A stretch of 64,000 nucleotides of DNA from assembly GCA_951406725.2 (NCBI GenBank), contig OX597814.1, positions 19,034,001 through 19,098,000 on the forward strand, read 5' to 3'. The stretch is from Octopus vulgaris. Its lineage: Eukaryota. Below, one piece after another: positions 41,468-54,637 of this stretch. A program made the position numbers and the translations under genes. The notes under the pieces are model-generated. The model was not told where the DNA came from. It was given only the letters and a program-made list of their open reading frames with translations, and searched no databases. Position 1 is the first letter of the stretch, and each line of letters begins with the position of its first letter.

Positions 41468-41631
41468 GATGCTGGTGTTTACGTTCCCGTAACTTAGCAG
41501 TTGGGCACAGGAGCCGATAGAATAAGTACTGGGCTTACAAAGAATAAGTCCTGGGGTGGATTTGTTCGACTAAAGGCGATGCTCCAGAATGGGTGCTGTC
41601 AACTGACTGAAACAATTAAAAGTGTAAAAGT
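41263..41631 (+). mobile_element. SINE family 3 (plus an isolated head at ~41026-41092)
   Basis: AGGTGCAGGAGTGGCTGTGTGGTAAG..; tail GACTGAAAC..AAAAG. Confidence 0.87.
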
Positions 41632-41642
41632 ATATGTATGTA

Positions 41643-41763
<121 letters not shown>

Positions 41764-41924
41764 CGGAGATGTACTCGCATAGCAAGTAATTTGATCTGAG
41801 ATCGTGTGCTGAAACGAAAACAATTGCAGCGTGGAAGGTGTTTATAAGCCATTTAAGAAACACACAAAAGCCGTTCGATTCACTTCAACATTTAAGTTTA
41901 ATTTGTCAAAATATTTTCGTCGCT

Positions 41925-41958
<34 letters not shown>

Positions 41959-41961
<3 letters not shown>

Positions 41962-42125
41962 GGAGAGTTTACGAAAAAAACAAAAGACGAAGATGGGTGT
42001 GTAAACAATAAACAGATGTATCAGTTTAACACGCTCGGGAAGTGAGAAAGTCTTTTACGTTCTGAGCCTACGCTCTTTGACAGAAAGGAACACAGAAATA
42101 AACAGGGAGAGAAAATCGAAAAAGA
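41959..42125 (-). mobile_element. Divergent family A-related element with a degenerate hammerhead (~42051-42088)
   Basis: Minus strand CUUU-CUGUCAA-A-GAGC-guag-GCUC-AGAAC-GUA-AAAG; adjacent to (TA)n. Confidence 0.7.
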
Positions 42126-42956
42126 AAGAAAGTTGAGATGTATAAAATAGCCGACGTTTATTTCCCCTATTTTTCTTTAAATTCCGATGTAATCATGATC
42201 TACAACATCCGAATTGTATTTACTCTTTTATTTTATTACTCGTTCAGTCATTGAACTGCGGCCATGTTGGGGGACTGCCTTGGGGAAATTTTTTTCTCGA
42301 ATAAATGGACCCTAGTACTTTCCCTTCGTTTAAGCCTGCTGCTTATTCTATCTCTGTCTTTTGCTGAAATGCTAACTTACGGTAACGTAAACACACCAAC
42401 ACTGGTTATCAAGCGATAGATAATTTCATTAAAAGATATTTATTTTTCAGAGTCATGAGGAAAGAAAGTCGTTGCGTTATTGCTCTCTACTTGTGCTTTA
42501 AAGAAAGATAAAGTTAGCGGGAATGCACAATTCGGTAGGGAAATACTATTTTTTTTTTCAAAGTGAGAGATTACAATTAATGGAATAAAGAAAAATAAGA
42601 CGAAACATAGCAGGACAATTACATGTATTGGGAATTAAATTTGTAAATGTTACCAAGCAACAAGTTGAAAACCGCCCAGAGCTAGTTTTTTTCCGTTAAT
42701 AACTAAATAAATATTTACTATGCTATATCATTATTTAGCTTCACAAACATAGCCTGTGATATAGTAAATATAGTCGGCAATAATATACGTTGATAAACCT
42801 TATTAATATATAAGTTTTGAGTATGTTATGTAGAATTCGGTATACACTGCTTGGTAAAATCGTAATTCAACAACCGAGACTCATAGCAATATAAATAAAT
42901 GCTTACGACACATCTAATCGATATATCTATATAGATACGCACACAGACGTACACAC

Positions 42957-43025
<69 letters not shown>

Positions 43026-43131
43026 TTTACATAAACATACATATATATATATACGTCTGGATAATGTTTATATTTGTATATGTATATATATATTCAAGCG
43101 TGTGTACACATATATATTTATGCGTTTATAC

Positions 43132-43210
<79 letters not shown>

Positions 43211-43717
43211 CATATATATACATATATATACATATACATATATATATAGATACATATATATATACTTATACACACACACACACACACATATGTATATATA
43301 TATACACACACACATATATGTATGTATGCATGTATGTATATATGTATGTAGGTAGGTTTATGCATATACAGACATAGGAACACAAACGTACACAAGCATA
43401 CACAGTCACACGTATACACTTATATGACTGCATTAGTGCATGAGTGCATATGACGGTGGACAAGTGTGTGTGTAAGTGTGTATGTCTGTATGTGTATGTG
43501 CGCATGCACACATACACGCCGCACATTCAGCTCAGAGAGAAATGAGGCAAAGAATCTTGGTTGAAACCCCAGTAAAGTGAACGCTGATGGAAGTGAACCG
43601 AATCACAGTTTGGAGACAGTTGCACACTGGCAACTCGCTGTGTCGTCGTAAACTTCCTATGCGGTAGTCTGCTGAAGTACCTGACAACTGGTGCATACCT
43701 TTTTAGAGATTATATAT

Positions 43718-43749
<32 letters not shown>

Positions 43750-44070
43750 GCGTACGGCTATGTATACATGTTTGAGAGTGGGATGTGCGGTTATGCTTGT
43801 TTGACTGTGGGTGTATTTCTTTCCTTGAGAATTCGTTTAGAAAGGCGAGCGTGTGAGAATTGGTAAGTATGTGTGTCTGCATATGTGAGTGTGGGCACAT
43901 TTGTACATACACAGACGTATATTGGAATTCGTACATTTATGTATAGTTATATGATTTATAAAGTGTTTTGTGTGTATTTATTTTTAGGCCTAGCATTTGT
44001 AAAACTATCGTCTGTGTATCCCTCTCTGACTCTATGACTTTGCAGGTTTCTCTTTTGCTTTATGCCCTAC

Positions 44071-44147
<77 letters not shown>

Positions 44148-44340
44148 CGTGTGTTTGTGTGTATGTGTGTACACATACACTCATACTCATACATTTATAA
44201 ACATGTATGTTTATATATTCATATGCATGCATATATGTATATATACATATACAGACATATACAGGCATATATAGAGAGGGAGAGGGAGAGAGAGACAGAT
44301 ACAGAGAGAGAAAGAGCGAGAGACAGAGAGAGAGACAGAA

Positions 44341-44371
44341 ATATAGATAGATAGACAGATAGATAGATAGG

Positions 44372-44445
<74 letters not shown>
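44341..44445. repeat. (GATA)n microsatellite
   Basis: Direct reading. Confidence 0.97.
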
Positions 44446-46070
44446 TATGCCCATATATGAATATCGATATGTATACGCGTGTATATATGTGTGTGTGTGT
44501 GTTTGTGTTTGAATATATACAGGAATACATATGTTCGTATGTATGTATCTGTGTGTATGAGTGTGTCTGTATGTATGCATGTGTGTGTATGCACAACTCT
44601 CTTAACGAAATGAACTTGCTGACATATCGAATTCTCTACTGCTGTGCGAGTTTCATTTCGACAATTCGACCACGAGGCCACCCTGTACGCTGACACCTAC
44701 AATAAAAACAGCACCTTGGATGCTATCCTTATATACCACAAACATGTTGCCTTTTGGTTAGTATTCTATAAATATCTCTGACGGCTGATAAGTACATTTT
44801 ACCATTTCATCTTTGATGACCTTCTAAGCTTCAAATTAGAAGAAAAAGCAAATAAATATAATTTGTTATATAATTCTCCATTTGTTATGAAAATGCAAAG
44901 AAAAAAAATATGATATTCCTTTGTGTGTTTAAGTTCATTTGCCACAAAGTCGAATGTTACTAACACAGTTAAAATATAATCTTACTCATCCACCTCCTTC
45001 TCCACCTCATCTTCATCACCATCATCGTCGTCGTCATCATCATCACTGCCATCATCTTCATCACCACCATCATCATCACCACCATTATACTTATAACCAT
45101 TTTCACTACACCCTTCTCTATAATCATCGTCGTCGTTGTCGTCATCATCATCCTAATCCTCATCATCATAATCATGATCCTAATCCTCATCATCATAATC
45201 ATCATCAATTCCACCATCAGCATCGTTACAGATGTAATCATTCTCGACATTTACTTCATCTACTTCGACCACGTACTGAACAAGAACTGCGATATCACTC
45301 GAACCTTGTACCTATTGCACTCTGAGTAGCTAGCATGGCGATTATACCGTTACGTACATTTGTTTGTCAGATATTTCCAGTTTCACATTGAACCCATGAA
45401 ATAGTCAATCAACTATTATGTAATTTGATTTTATACTTAAGAACAAAAGTAAATCGCAAAATAAAAATTATCTGTGCACCTGTGCACTGTATAGAACAAT
45501 TTCTTTCATATATACATCAGCTATATGCGTGCGTGTGTCTCTGTGTGTCAGTGCGTGTGAGTGTACTTATATCAATCAAAACGTCGAGATATATATGTAG
45601 ATGTAAAAGAAAAAAGAGATAGATATGATGCACAGCAACTTAAATTAACAAAAATAAACAGCAAAAGTAAACAGTGTCCGAAATATCGTTAGAAAGTGAA
45701 GTATATATGTGCATGTGTATGTATATTTATATAACTCACAGAATTTTATTCAATATTTCCAACTGTGCTAAAATTGAATCTTTTTTTGTACCATTTATAT
45801 TGTATCTGTACTGTTTTAGAATCTACGATTTGATAATTTTAGCAGGGCTGTGTTCTTTTAAGTTCCGGATGTAGTATGAAAACGTTGTGTTTTTATCTTC
45901 AGTATACCTAAACAACGAAGTATGATTATAGTTATATGATATTATGATTATAGTAGCATTCTTTTATAGTTTTACTTCTGCTATTACTTTATTACGCTTA
46001 CAGTGTATCGTTCTGTTACGAATGATAGAAATATACACAAATAACAAAAGGCGAATTTTACGTTTTCTTC

Positions 46071-46138
<68 letters not shown>

Positions 46139-46149
46139 ATATTTATATA

Positions 46150-46398
46150 TAACGGGAAGGTTTACGAAAATAAACAAAAGACGAAGGCAGGTGGAGTACA
46201 AACAAACAAATGTATTAGTATAGCGCTCAGGAATAGAAATAGAAAAAGTCTTTTACGTTTCGAGCCTACGCTCTTCGACAGAAAGGTACACAGAAAAAAT
46301 CAAGGAGAGAAACAAGGAGAGAAAAACATGCGCGTAGGAGCTAACGATCTATCATGGCGTCCAGACTTCGGACAGTGGTCAGACGCGAGAGGGAGATA
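46150..46398 (-). mobile_element. Family A element with hammerhead at 46249-46286
   Basis: Minus strand CUUU-CUGUCGA-A-GAGC-guag-GCUC-GAAAC-GUA-AAAG; ends in (TA)n. Confidence 0.85.
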
Positions 46399-46489
46399 GG
46401 TGGGTAGGTTGGTTGATTGGTAGATAAATAGATAGATAGATCGATACGGACGTATAGATATAAAGATATATATATATATTTATATATAA

Positions 46490-46633
<144 letters not shown>

Positions 46634-46684
46634 GTTTAAATATTTGTTGTGCAAGATTTTTTATGTGAAGTCGTGTGTTGAAAC

Positions 46685-46950
46685 AGATATTGTTGTATTT
46701 AGGAATGGTCATTTTGCCAGTTTAGCCAATAAAAACAAAATGGCTGACGATTAGTAAGGAGAGACACAAATAAGAAAGAAGAAAACAAAGGACCACTGAT
46801 GAGGTCACAGGAGTGTGACGAAAGAACTCTGGCCGAAAGAAGATTAAGTTTAATGTAAAAATTAAATAACATTGAAGCAAAGTAACACCAAATATATAGT
46901 GCGTGTGTTTTTATTGGCTAAACTGCCAAAATGACCATTCCGAAATACAA

Positions 46951-46955
<5 letters not shown>
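46685..46955. repeat. Inverted repeat (~46687-46737 / ~46906-46955) bracketing a hammerhead
   Basis: GTTGTATTTAGGAATGGTCATTTTGCCAGTTTAGCCAATAAAAAC vs GTTTTTATTGGCTAAACTGCCAAAATGACCATTCCGAAATACAAC. Confidence 0.9.
46791..46834 (+). ncRNA. Minimal type-I hammerhead ribozyme (canonical core, CUC triplet)
   Basis: GACCA-CUGAUGA-G-GUCACA-ggag-UGUGAC-GAAAG-aa-CUC-UGGCC. Confidence 0.8.
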
Positions 46956-47020
<65 letters not shown>

Positions 47021-47589
47021 TGAACAATAAATGAAGGTGGAATTTAGGAAAGCTTCTAGCAATACAGAGAAGGAAGTTGAACTGAGAAACCTTTATATAC
47101 TACGGGCGCAAAGGTCTATCCTCAACAAAGTACAGTCAAAGAGATGTATGTCTACCTAAAACCTGCTATTTGGACAGCCGGATGGGCAGTGTCTCCCGTT
47201 TTAGTCCGGTCCGCAATTGATGGTGTTGTTGGTGTGTCAGAGTTTACACTAGAAGGAAGGGGCAGGTTGCAAGTTGTCAGGAGTGATGGTAAAGGTAGTT
47301 GTATATGACGGTAAATGCCGTAGTAGTAGTAGTAGTTGGTGATGGCGGTGTCTACATTGGTGTTGTTGGTGATGGATGTAGATGTCGTCGTAGCAGTCAG
47401 TGATGGTGATTGTGTCTTGTAGTAGTCGTTGACAACGTGGAGACCGACAACAGCAAAAATCCTCACAGCTGTAACGGTAGCTATGGCGGCGGCAAACATA
47501 GTACTGATAGGCAACAACAATACCAGTCACCCTGTTAGTGATTTTGTTGTTGATCATGGTCACAAAGATGTAGGGAGTGGGTAATTTAT

Positions 47590-48620
47590 AGGAGTCACTA
47601 GCCCAGTTCCGATTCCGATCGATTATTGATTTTCAGATTAAGTCAGTGGATCAGTAAGGATTCCTTCTACGGAGATTACCTCGCCAGTATGGAAGCGTTT
47701 ATCTCTTTGGTGGTTTTGCTGCTGCATTTGACAAAGTGCTTGCAGAAGGAAGACATGTTGATAGTTAGGGGTTCCTTTATAGTGGTGTGGGACAGTCGGT
47801 CTGTATTACCGATGTCGCTACATTTGGGACACCGTATCTGATACACTACATATATTCGCCGACAGTTGTTCATATCGCGAATAGAACAGTTTACCAGTGT
47901 GCAGAGCTGTTGTTTTGCTTGTAATCTCTTCCTCGTTGACAGGCGTCTACGCAGGGTTGCTTTTGAGGCGGTCAAGCTACATGTCAATGCCTTCCGTGCG
48001 GATGGCCTTATACACAGTAAAATTGGTCCTCTCGTTACAGGAATCCTCGGGAAGCAGGTCGTTAAGAGCTTCCTCTAACTACGTTTGTTTTGGCTTGCAT
48101 TCATGTAGTGTGCTTGTTAACAGACGCAATGTATTCGCTAATTCCAAGTATCCTCAGGAACTGAGCAATTTGCGTGTATCGGCTGGTGCTGTTACTGTAT
48201 CTGTTATTTATACGGGTGATCTTTTTTTAGTATGTAACCAATCTTAACACTGATGGACGGAGATAAATTGTAATGGACGTAGAGGTTTCCGCAAGCTGCC
48301 TTTCGGTTGAACACCAGATGGATGGACGAGAACCTTAAGCTCACTTCATTCCATCAAGATGCCGCCGCAATAATGGAAATATTCAATGATATAGACCAGC
48401 ACCCGAATAACGATAATTCTGTCTCCTTTCTTAAATTTCGTTTAAGCATCACTGACGAGGAACATATGTAGAAAGTTGATTTCAAAATTTTAGTGTGCAG
48501 GACGATGGAAAGTAAAGAGGGAACTATTTACGATTTGATTTCATGCGGTAAATAATATTTAACTAAAACTATTTACCTTGGCTACGCTATCAATTTGACC
48601 TTTAGGATCCATAAATTTCA
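47590..48620 (-). pseudogene. Penelope-like element relic: RT thumb/linker + GIY-YIG endonuclease
   Basis: NCRRIYVVYQIRCPKCSDIGNTDRLSHTTIKE (GIY-YIG: VVY..C..C..(Y)IG.T.R). Upstream FNRKAACGNLYVHYN..SVKIGYI resembles the PLE YRKP..thumb motif. Confidence 0.82.
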
Positions 48621-48639
48621 TAATTTTAGTAATGAAATA

Positions 48640-49150
48640 AGGCGGGGAGCTGGCAGAAACGTTAGCACGTCGGGCGAAATGCTAAGCTGTATTTCGTCTG
48701 CCTTTAGGTCCTGAGTTCAAATTCCACCAAGGTCGACTTCAACTTTCATCGCTCCAGGGTCGATAAATTAAGTACCAGTTGCGTACCGGAGTCGCTCTAA
48801 TCGACTGCCCCAATCTCCATAAATTTCAGGCCTTGTGCCTTGAGTAGAAAAGAAAGAATATTAGTAATGAAATCTATCTACGAATATTTCCATTTTTTTT
48901 ATTGAATCGCATTTTAATTTCATACACAGCAGAATCGCAAGTACGCTGGGAAAATGCTTAGCAGCATTTTGTCCGTCTTTAAGTTTTGAGTTTAAATGCC
49001 GCCAAGGTCGACTTTGCCTTTCTTCCTTTCGGAGACGATAAAATAAGTACCATTCGAACACTGGAACACTCGAGAACTAGGGTTGATGTAATCAACTAGC
49101 TCCCTTCGCCTGATTCGCTGGCTTTGTGCCAAAATTTGAAATCAATATTT
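48640..49150 (+). mobile_element. Two adjacent SINE family 1 copies (~48640-48850 and ~48925-49150)
   Basis: GGCGGGGAGCTGGCAGAAACGTTAGC head; GGTCGACTT..TTTC..GATAAA core in both. Confidence 0.82.
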
Positions 49151-49752
49151 CTTCGTTTCTTCTTCAAAATTAACCTATATTTCAAAGAGGCAGACTTGTC
49201 ACGTCCTGTGTCACGATGAATCTCCCTGAGAACTACTGGAAGGGTACGCGTGACTGAGGAGTGCTCAGCCACTTGCACATTAATTTCACGTTGATCGGGT
49301 CAGTTGAAATATTCATCGTCGTACGCGACGGAATGCCATTTTCTTTCTTTCTCTTATCCACCTCTCTGTTTGTCTGTAGCTATTTGCCTCCCCACCGCTA
49401 TCTCTCCCTCTCTCTCTCTCACTTTCTCTCTCGCTTTCTCTCTCTTCCTCTTTCTCTCTCTGACAGTCTTTATCACTCTCTATTTCAAATTCCCCATTCT
49501 GATTTTCTATATCTCTCTACCAACATGTTCACACACAAACACACAAAGACGCACACATATATCTGACGCCCTTAACTTTTTACTCAAACACGTCTCATTT
49601 CCCTCCCTTTCTTACTCTTTTCAGCAGGATTTCCTTTAAGCCTACATTTTCTTCTCTCTCCCCTCTAAATCTCATTTCATATTTCACCACATCTTTATAC
49701 ACACACTCACACACACATATATATGTACACAACATACCTACACTTGTATGGC

Positions 49753-49804
<52 letters not shown>

Positions 49805-49836
49805 TTCATTTAAAGCAGCAGAAAATTCAACAAAAC

Positions 49837-49874
49837 CTGTTACTCTGAGTTTCCCGTTGCCGTTCATCGGACAG
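49837..49874 (-). ncRNA. Hammerhead ribozyme, variant core CCGAUGA
   Basis: Minus strand CUGU-CCGAUGA-a-CG-gcaa-CG-g-GAAAC-UC-a-GA-GUA-ACAG. Quasi-palindromic stem III ACUC-A-GAGU; element ends in (TA)n at 49755-49803. Confidence 0.65.
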
Positions 49875-50450
49875 TTTTTGTTAGAATGGAACCGATGTGT
49901 CATTTCTATCCAGACTATTACAAACGCTACACCTTTAAAAAAAATGGACTTGTTTGATTGGCCCTTTAGAAAAAACGGTCAATCTTCAAGCGATAAACAA
50001 AAATGAGCTCAAAAAAATATATATGTATATATATAAAAAATTATAAAAATTATAAAATTCGAGGAAAAACCTTACATTGAATAAAATACATATTGACCTT
50101 AATGAAGGAAATATAATTAATACATGGAAATTAAAATGCATCAAAAATATTACACTGCAATACATATTCATGTTAAAGTATACATATATATATATATATC
50201 AACATATATATATATATATCCCTCCTCCACCATAAAGCATCTTACCGAGATTCCACTCTTGCATTTAAATATATTCCCTTTATCATTCCGTTCCTCTCGT
50301 TTTCTCTCCTACTCTTTTTTCACTCCCCCCTGTCTCTTTGAAACTTTGTGTCTCTTTCTATCTGCGGTATATTGTTTCTCTCATTCTGTTTTCTCTCTTT
50401 AATTTTCACTTTCTTTAACGCATGTTCTATTCACACTGACCGTCTACCAA

Positions 50451-50543
<93 letters not shown>

Positions 50544-50559
50544 GATCTATCTATCTATC

Positions 50560-50646
50560 TTTGTTTTTTTTTCATCCCCCAAAAGAAAAGCTCTACCTTG
50601 TAATTTGTCCCATCTGTGTGCAGCCCTGTGTGGCCAATAAAGAAAC
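50560..50646 (+). mobile_element. Short 3' end of a Tx1/L1-like LINE inside a (TATC)n/(TGTC)n field
   Basis: TTTGTCCC..CCCTGTGTGGCCAATAAAGA shared with 63740-63765 (minus). Confidence 0.65.
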
Positions 50647-50649
50647 TTA

Positions 50650-50682
<33 letters not shown>

Positions 50683-50748
50683 GTTTGTCTGTCCGTCTGT
50701 CAGTCTATCTGTTTATCTATCTATCCGTCTATCTAACTATTTACCTAC

Positions 50749-50749
<1 letters not shown>

Positions 50750-50833
<84 letters not shown>

Positions 50834-51015
50834 CATCTGTCTGTCTGTCTATCTACCTAACTATCAATCCATCTATCTAGCTAGCAAGCTAGCTAGTTAT
50901 TTATCTATCTAACTATCAAGCTATTTGTGTGTCTGCCCGTCTGTCAGTCTATCTGTTTACCTATCTATTGGTCTATCTATTTACCTACTTATATATCTAT
51001 CTATCTAACTATCAG

Positions 51016-51085
<70 letters not shown>
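50750..51085. repeat. (TATC)n field
   Basis: Direct reading. Confidence 0.95.
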
Positions 51086-51669
51086 AAACTATCAAGCTAT
51101 GTATTTGTCTGTTCATCTGCCTGTATCTATTTAACCGTCTACCTATCTATAGAGAGACAGCTAGTTTTCTCTGTCACTTTGTGTGTATGTGTACGTCTAT
51201 CCCTTTCATTCTAATAGTCTCACAAGTTCCCAGTCCCGTTTTCCCTCACTTACTTCTCCACATATTCCCCCTTTTCTCATCTAATCTCGAACCCTCCCAC
51301 TCCCTTCCCCCCTCTTCAATTCTCTCTTTCTCTCCAAATTCTCATAATTTTCCCTCGTTTTTTAATATTTTTTTCTTTACTTTCCGATCTTCCTATCTTT
51401 AAGTTGTTAACACTGTTGTTGCACCTGCAACAGATATAACACTACAATTGCAGCAGCGATCATATTTTGTTTGATTTTTTAAAGAATTTTATCTTACAAT
51501 TTTTTTTTTTCGAGCAACATCCCTTACTTCCATGCCCACCACTCATTCACCTGTATATCTTCTTTCTCTTAAATTCTTCATTCTTTATTTTACCATTACT
51601 CTTATATTTTTCTTTTTTCATTTTTACTTTACTAATTCACATCAGGAATTGTTTAGAAATTATATACGC

Positions 51670-51834
<165 letters not shown>

Positions 51835-52195
51835 AATACTTACATACGCACACATGCATATATATTCATAAATATGTATGAATGTATATACGTATATATG
51901 TGTATATATATATGTGTTTATACATACACACACACACACACAGAATACCTCCTTTCATTTCGTTTCATCCTGGCGGCAGTAAGGCAGCCTGGTTTATTAC
52001 GCTCATTCATTAATTTTGGCTACAGAAACTGTATCGAAAGTCCTCGCTCGGGGCAAGTTTCTATACGTATAACATTAACAACTATAAGAATAAGAATATC
52101 TAGCATACAAAAGTAAGAACACATAATAAAAATTGAATCAAATTATATACATGTGCACATACACGCATCGATATATACACCCACGCACTCACACA

Positions 52196-52219
52196 ATATA
52201 TAATATAACGGAATGCAAC

Positions 52220-52263
<44 letters not shown>

Positions 52264-52275
52264 GTTGCATTCCGT

Positions 52276-52287
<12 letters not shown>
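52196..52287. repeat. Perfect palindrome centred on (AT)n
   Basis: TAATATAACGGAATGCAACATAA-(TA)n-TTATGTTGCATTCCGTTATATTA. Confidence 0.95.
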
Positions 52288-52371
<84 letters not shown>

Positions 52372-52669
52372 ATGCATGTATGTTTGTATGTATAAAAGGT
52401 GATCATATTCTTTTACTTCTGAGGATTATATTTAGATCCATATTATTAAAGCAGGTAGCATTGAGAATTTGCAGAAGCTGATGCAGGTTTATAATAGAAT
52501 TATTACGGTTTAGATAGCGTACGTTCTAGCATTAAGGTATTGTTTTTGTTTTTGCATTTCTTTTTCGTTTTTGCCTTTCATTTCCCCATCATTCGCTTGC
52601 ATTACTTCCTATTTCCTCATTTCGTCGACTTTATTGTGGTCTTCTTCTTCCACGTCGTTGTTGCTATCA

Positions 52670-52691
52670 ACGGCATCATCATCATCGTCGG

Positions 52692-52777
<86 letters not shown>

Positions 52778-52940
52778 CCATCATCGTCGGCATCATCATC
52801 ATCATCATCATCATCATCGTCATCATCTACCATCATCATCATCATCATCACCATCATCATCATCAATATCGTCATCATCGTTATCCTCACCATCATCACT
52901 ATCATCATCGTTGTCATCGTCGTTGTCATCATCATCATCA
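52670..52940. repeat. (CAT)n microsatellite
   Basis: Direct reading. Confidence 0.97.
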
Positions 52941-53068
52941 CCAGCTGTAACTCCTATTATTTTTGTTGCCTGCGCGTCATTGCCTCTTATTATTGTCATC
53001 ATTTCATTCAATGTTGTCGCCGTTTGACATTGTCGCTATCGTCATCATCATCGTTATCACTATTATGA

Positions 53069-53489
53069 AGGCGGTGAGCGGGCAGAATCGTTAGCACTCC
53101 GGGCGAAATGCTTAACGGTATTTCGTCTGCGGTTACGTTCTATGTTCGAATTTCGCCGAGGTCGACTTTGCCTTTCACCTTTTCAGAATCGATTAAATAA
53201 GTACCAGTTACGCACTGGGGTCGGTCGATGTAATCGACTTAATCCATTTGTCTGTCCTTGTTTGTCCTCTTTGTGTTTAGCCCCTTGTGAGTAGTAAAGA
53301 AACAGGTATTTCGTCTGCGGTTACGCTCTGAGTTCAAATTCCGCCGAGGCCGACTTTGCCTTTCATCCTTTCGGGGTCGATTAAATAAGTACCAGTTATG
53401 CACTGCGGTCGATGCAATCGAATTTAATCCCTTTGTCTGTCCTTGTTTGTCCCCTCTATGTTTAGCCTCCTCTAAGTAATAAAGAAATA
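53069..53489 (+). mobile_element. SINE family 1 tandem dimer
   Basis: Second body restarts at GGTATTTCGTC (53305). Possible TSD ACTATTAT at 53059-53066/53490-53497. Confidence 0.9.
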
Positions 53490-53614
53490 ACTATTATTAA
53501 AATTGATTATCACATTCACGAGTATCATCAGGTTTCGTCCTGAAAATTATTATCTCTATCATCACTATTAATTCCCGAAAAGATAGACATTATTATAAAG
53601 AAAACATTATTATG

Positions 53615-54252
53615 ACTTGTGGGGTTATGTCAAACAACTGCTGTTACGTGTGGGACGGATCCAGCTGTCGGCCGTGTCTGTAATGATGATCGCCCCGCCG
53701 TTCTCCTTCAACGGGCAGGCAAAGTTTTCGTTTGTCTGGTGACTGTGGCGAAAGAGGTTGTTTGGTGGACAAGGCTGAAAGGCATGAGGACATATACATT
53801 CCACTTCGGTAGAGCTCTCATTGACTTTTTCAAATTGAAAGTGGGAAGGAAAGTGCTGTCCTTGGGTGAGTTTTTTGAAAGGTGGGTGAAAGTTGCAAAA
53901 ATAGCAAGAGTGGATGGTACTTGTCTAAGTGTAAACCTGTGAGTCGGAGAGAGGGAATTGGAGAGGGCACTTGCTCTTGGTGTTCAGGGAAACCTCGGAC
54001 AGAGGGATTCCCCGATTATCCCTAGATGTCCACCTGTATCAGGAGAGCCACACCTCTGTCATCCACACCGCTATCTTTTGTCTAAACTTTTCAATGCTAT
54101 GTATATGTCCCTTCTTTTTCAGTGTATAGTTACTTTCAAGTATAGTTACTTACTTTTTTTTTATTATTATTTCATTATAAATAAACCCCCACACTTTACG
54201 TCCTGTCTTTGTATTGTCCTCCTTATCTTTTGCCCTTGTGGCAAATAAATGA
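53615..54252 (+). mobile_element. 5'-truncated Tx1/L1-clade LINE: ORF2 C-terminus + 3' UTR
   Basis: FVCLVTVAKEVVWWTRLKG...FFERW resembles the C-terminal AK..IW..R motif of L1/Tx1 ORF2. Stop at 53940-53942. UTR ends GCCCTTGTGGCAAATAAA then (ATT)n. Confidence 0.7.
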
Positions 54253-54331
54253 CATTATTATTATTATTTTAATAAATGGCATTATTATTATTATTATTAT
54301 CATTATTATTAATATTATCATTATTATTTAT

Positions 54332-54569
54332 TGTTTTTGCACACCCTCTAACGCTGGAGATGTACTAAGGTGCCTGCTGCTCACTACCAGTGAACTAATG
54401 TAACAGCTCTTATTTTTCGAGCACCATCCGGAGTATTCGAGGTTTAAAGCAGTGCTGTTTTCTGGTTCAACGATGGGCCTTTCTTCCAACGTCGGCAACC
54501 CATCTTAACTTCCCCAAGTGCCATTGTTATGAGTATTAGTACAATTACAAAAGGTAACGGAGTAAACGT

Positions 54570-54570
<1 letters not shown>
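54332..54570 (-). mobile_element. R4-like 3' fragment (fourth family) between (TAA)n tracts
   Basis: Minus strand IITMALGEV and QKTALL, corresponding to the IVGALG..QKTALLGT motifs. Confidence 0.65.

Positions 54571-54634
<64 letters not shown>

Positions 54635-54637
<3 letters not shown>

Noticed and set aside
41895-41928. Minus-strand GCGAC-GAAAAUAUUU-UGACAA, a possible 3' half of a hammerhead
   Set aside because: The 5' half of the core is absent (sequence runs into (TA)n), so it cannot be called from this window.
47085-47135. Minus-strand UUGAGGA plus hairpin downstream of the Penelope ORF
   Set aside because: No GAAA/NUH half follows the hairpin.
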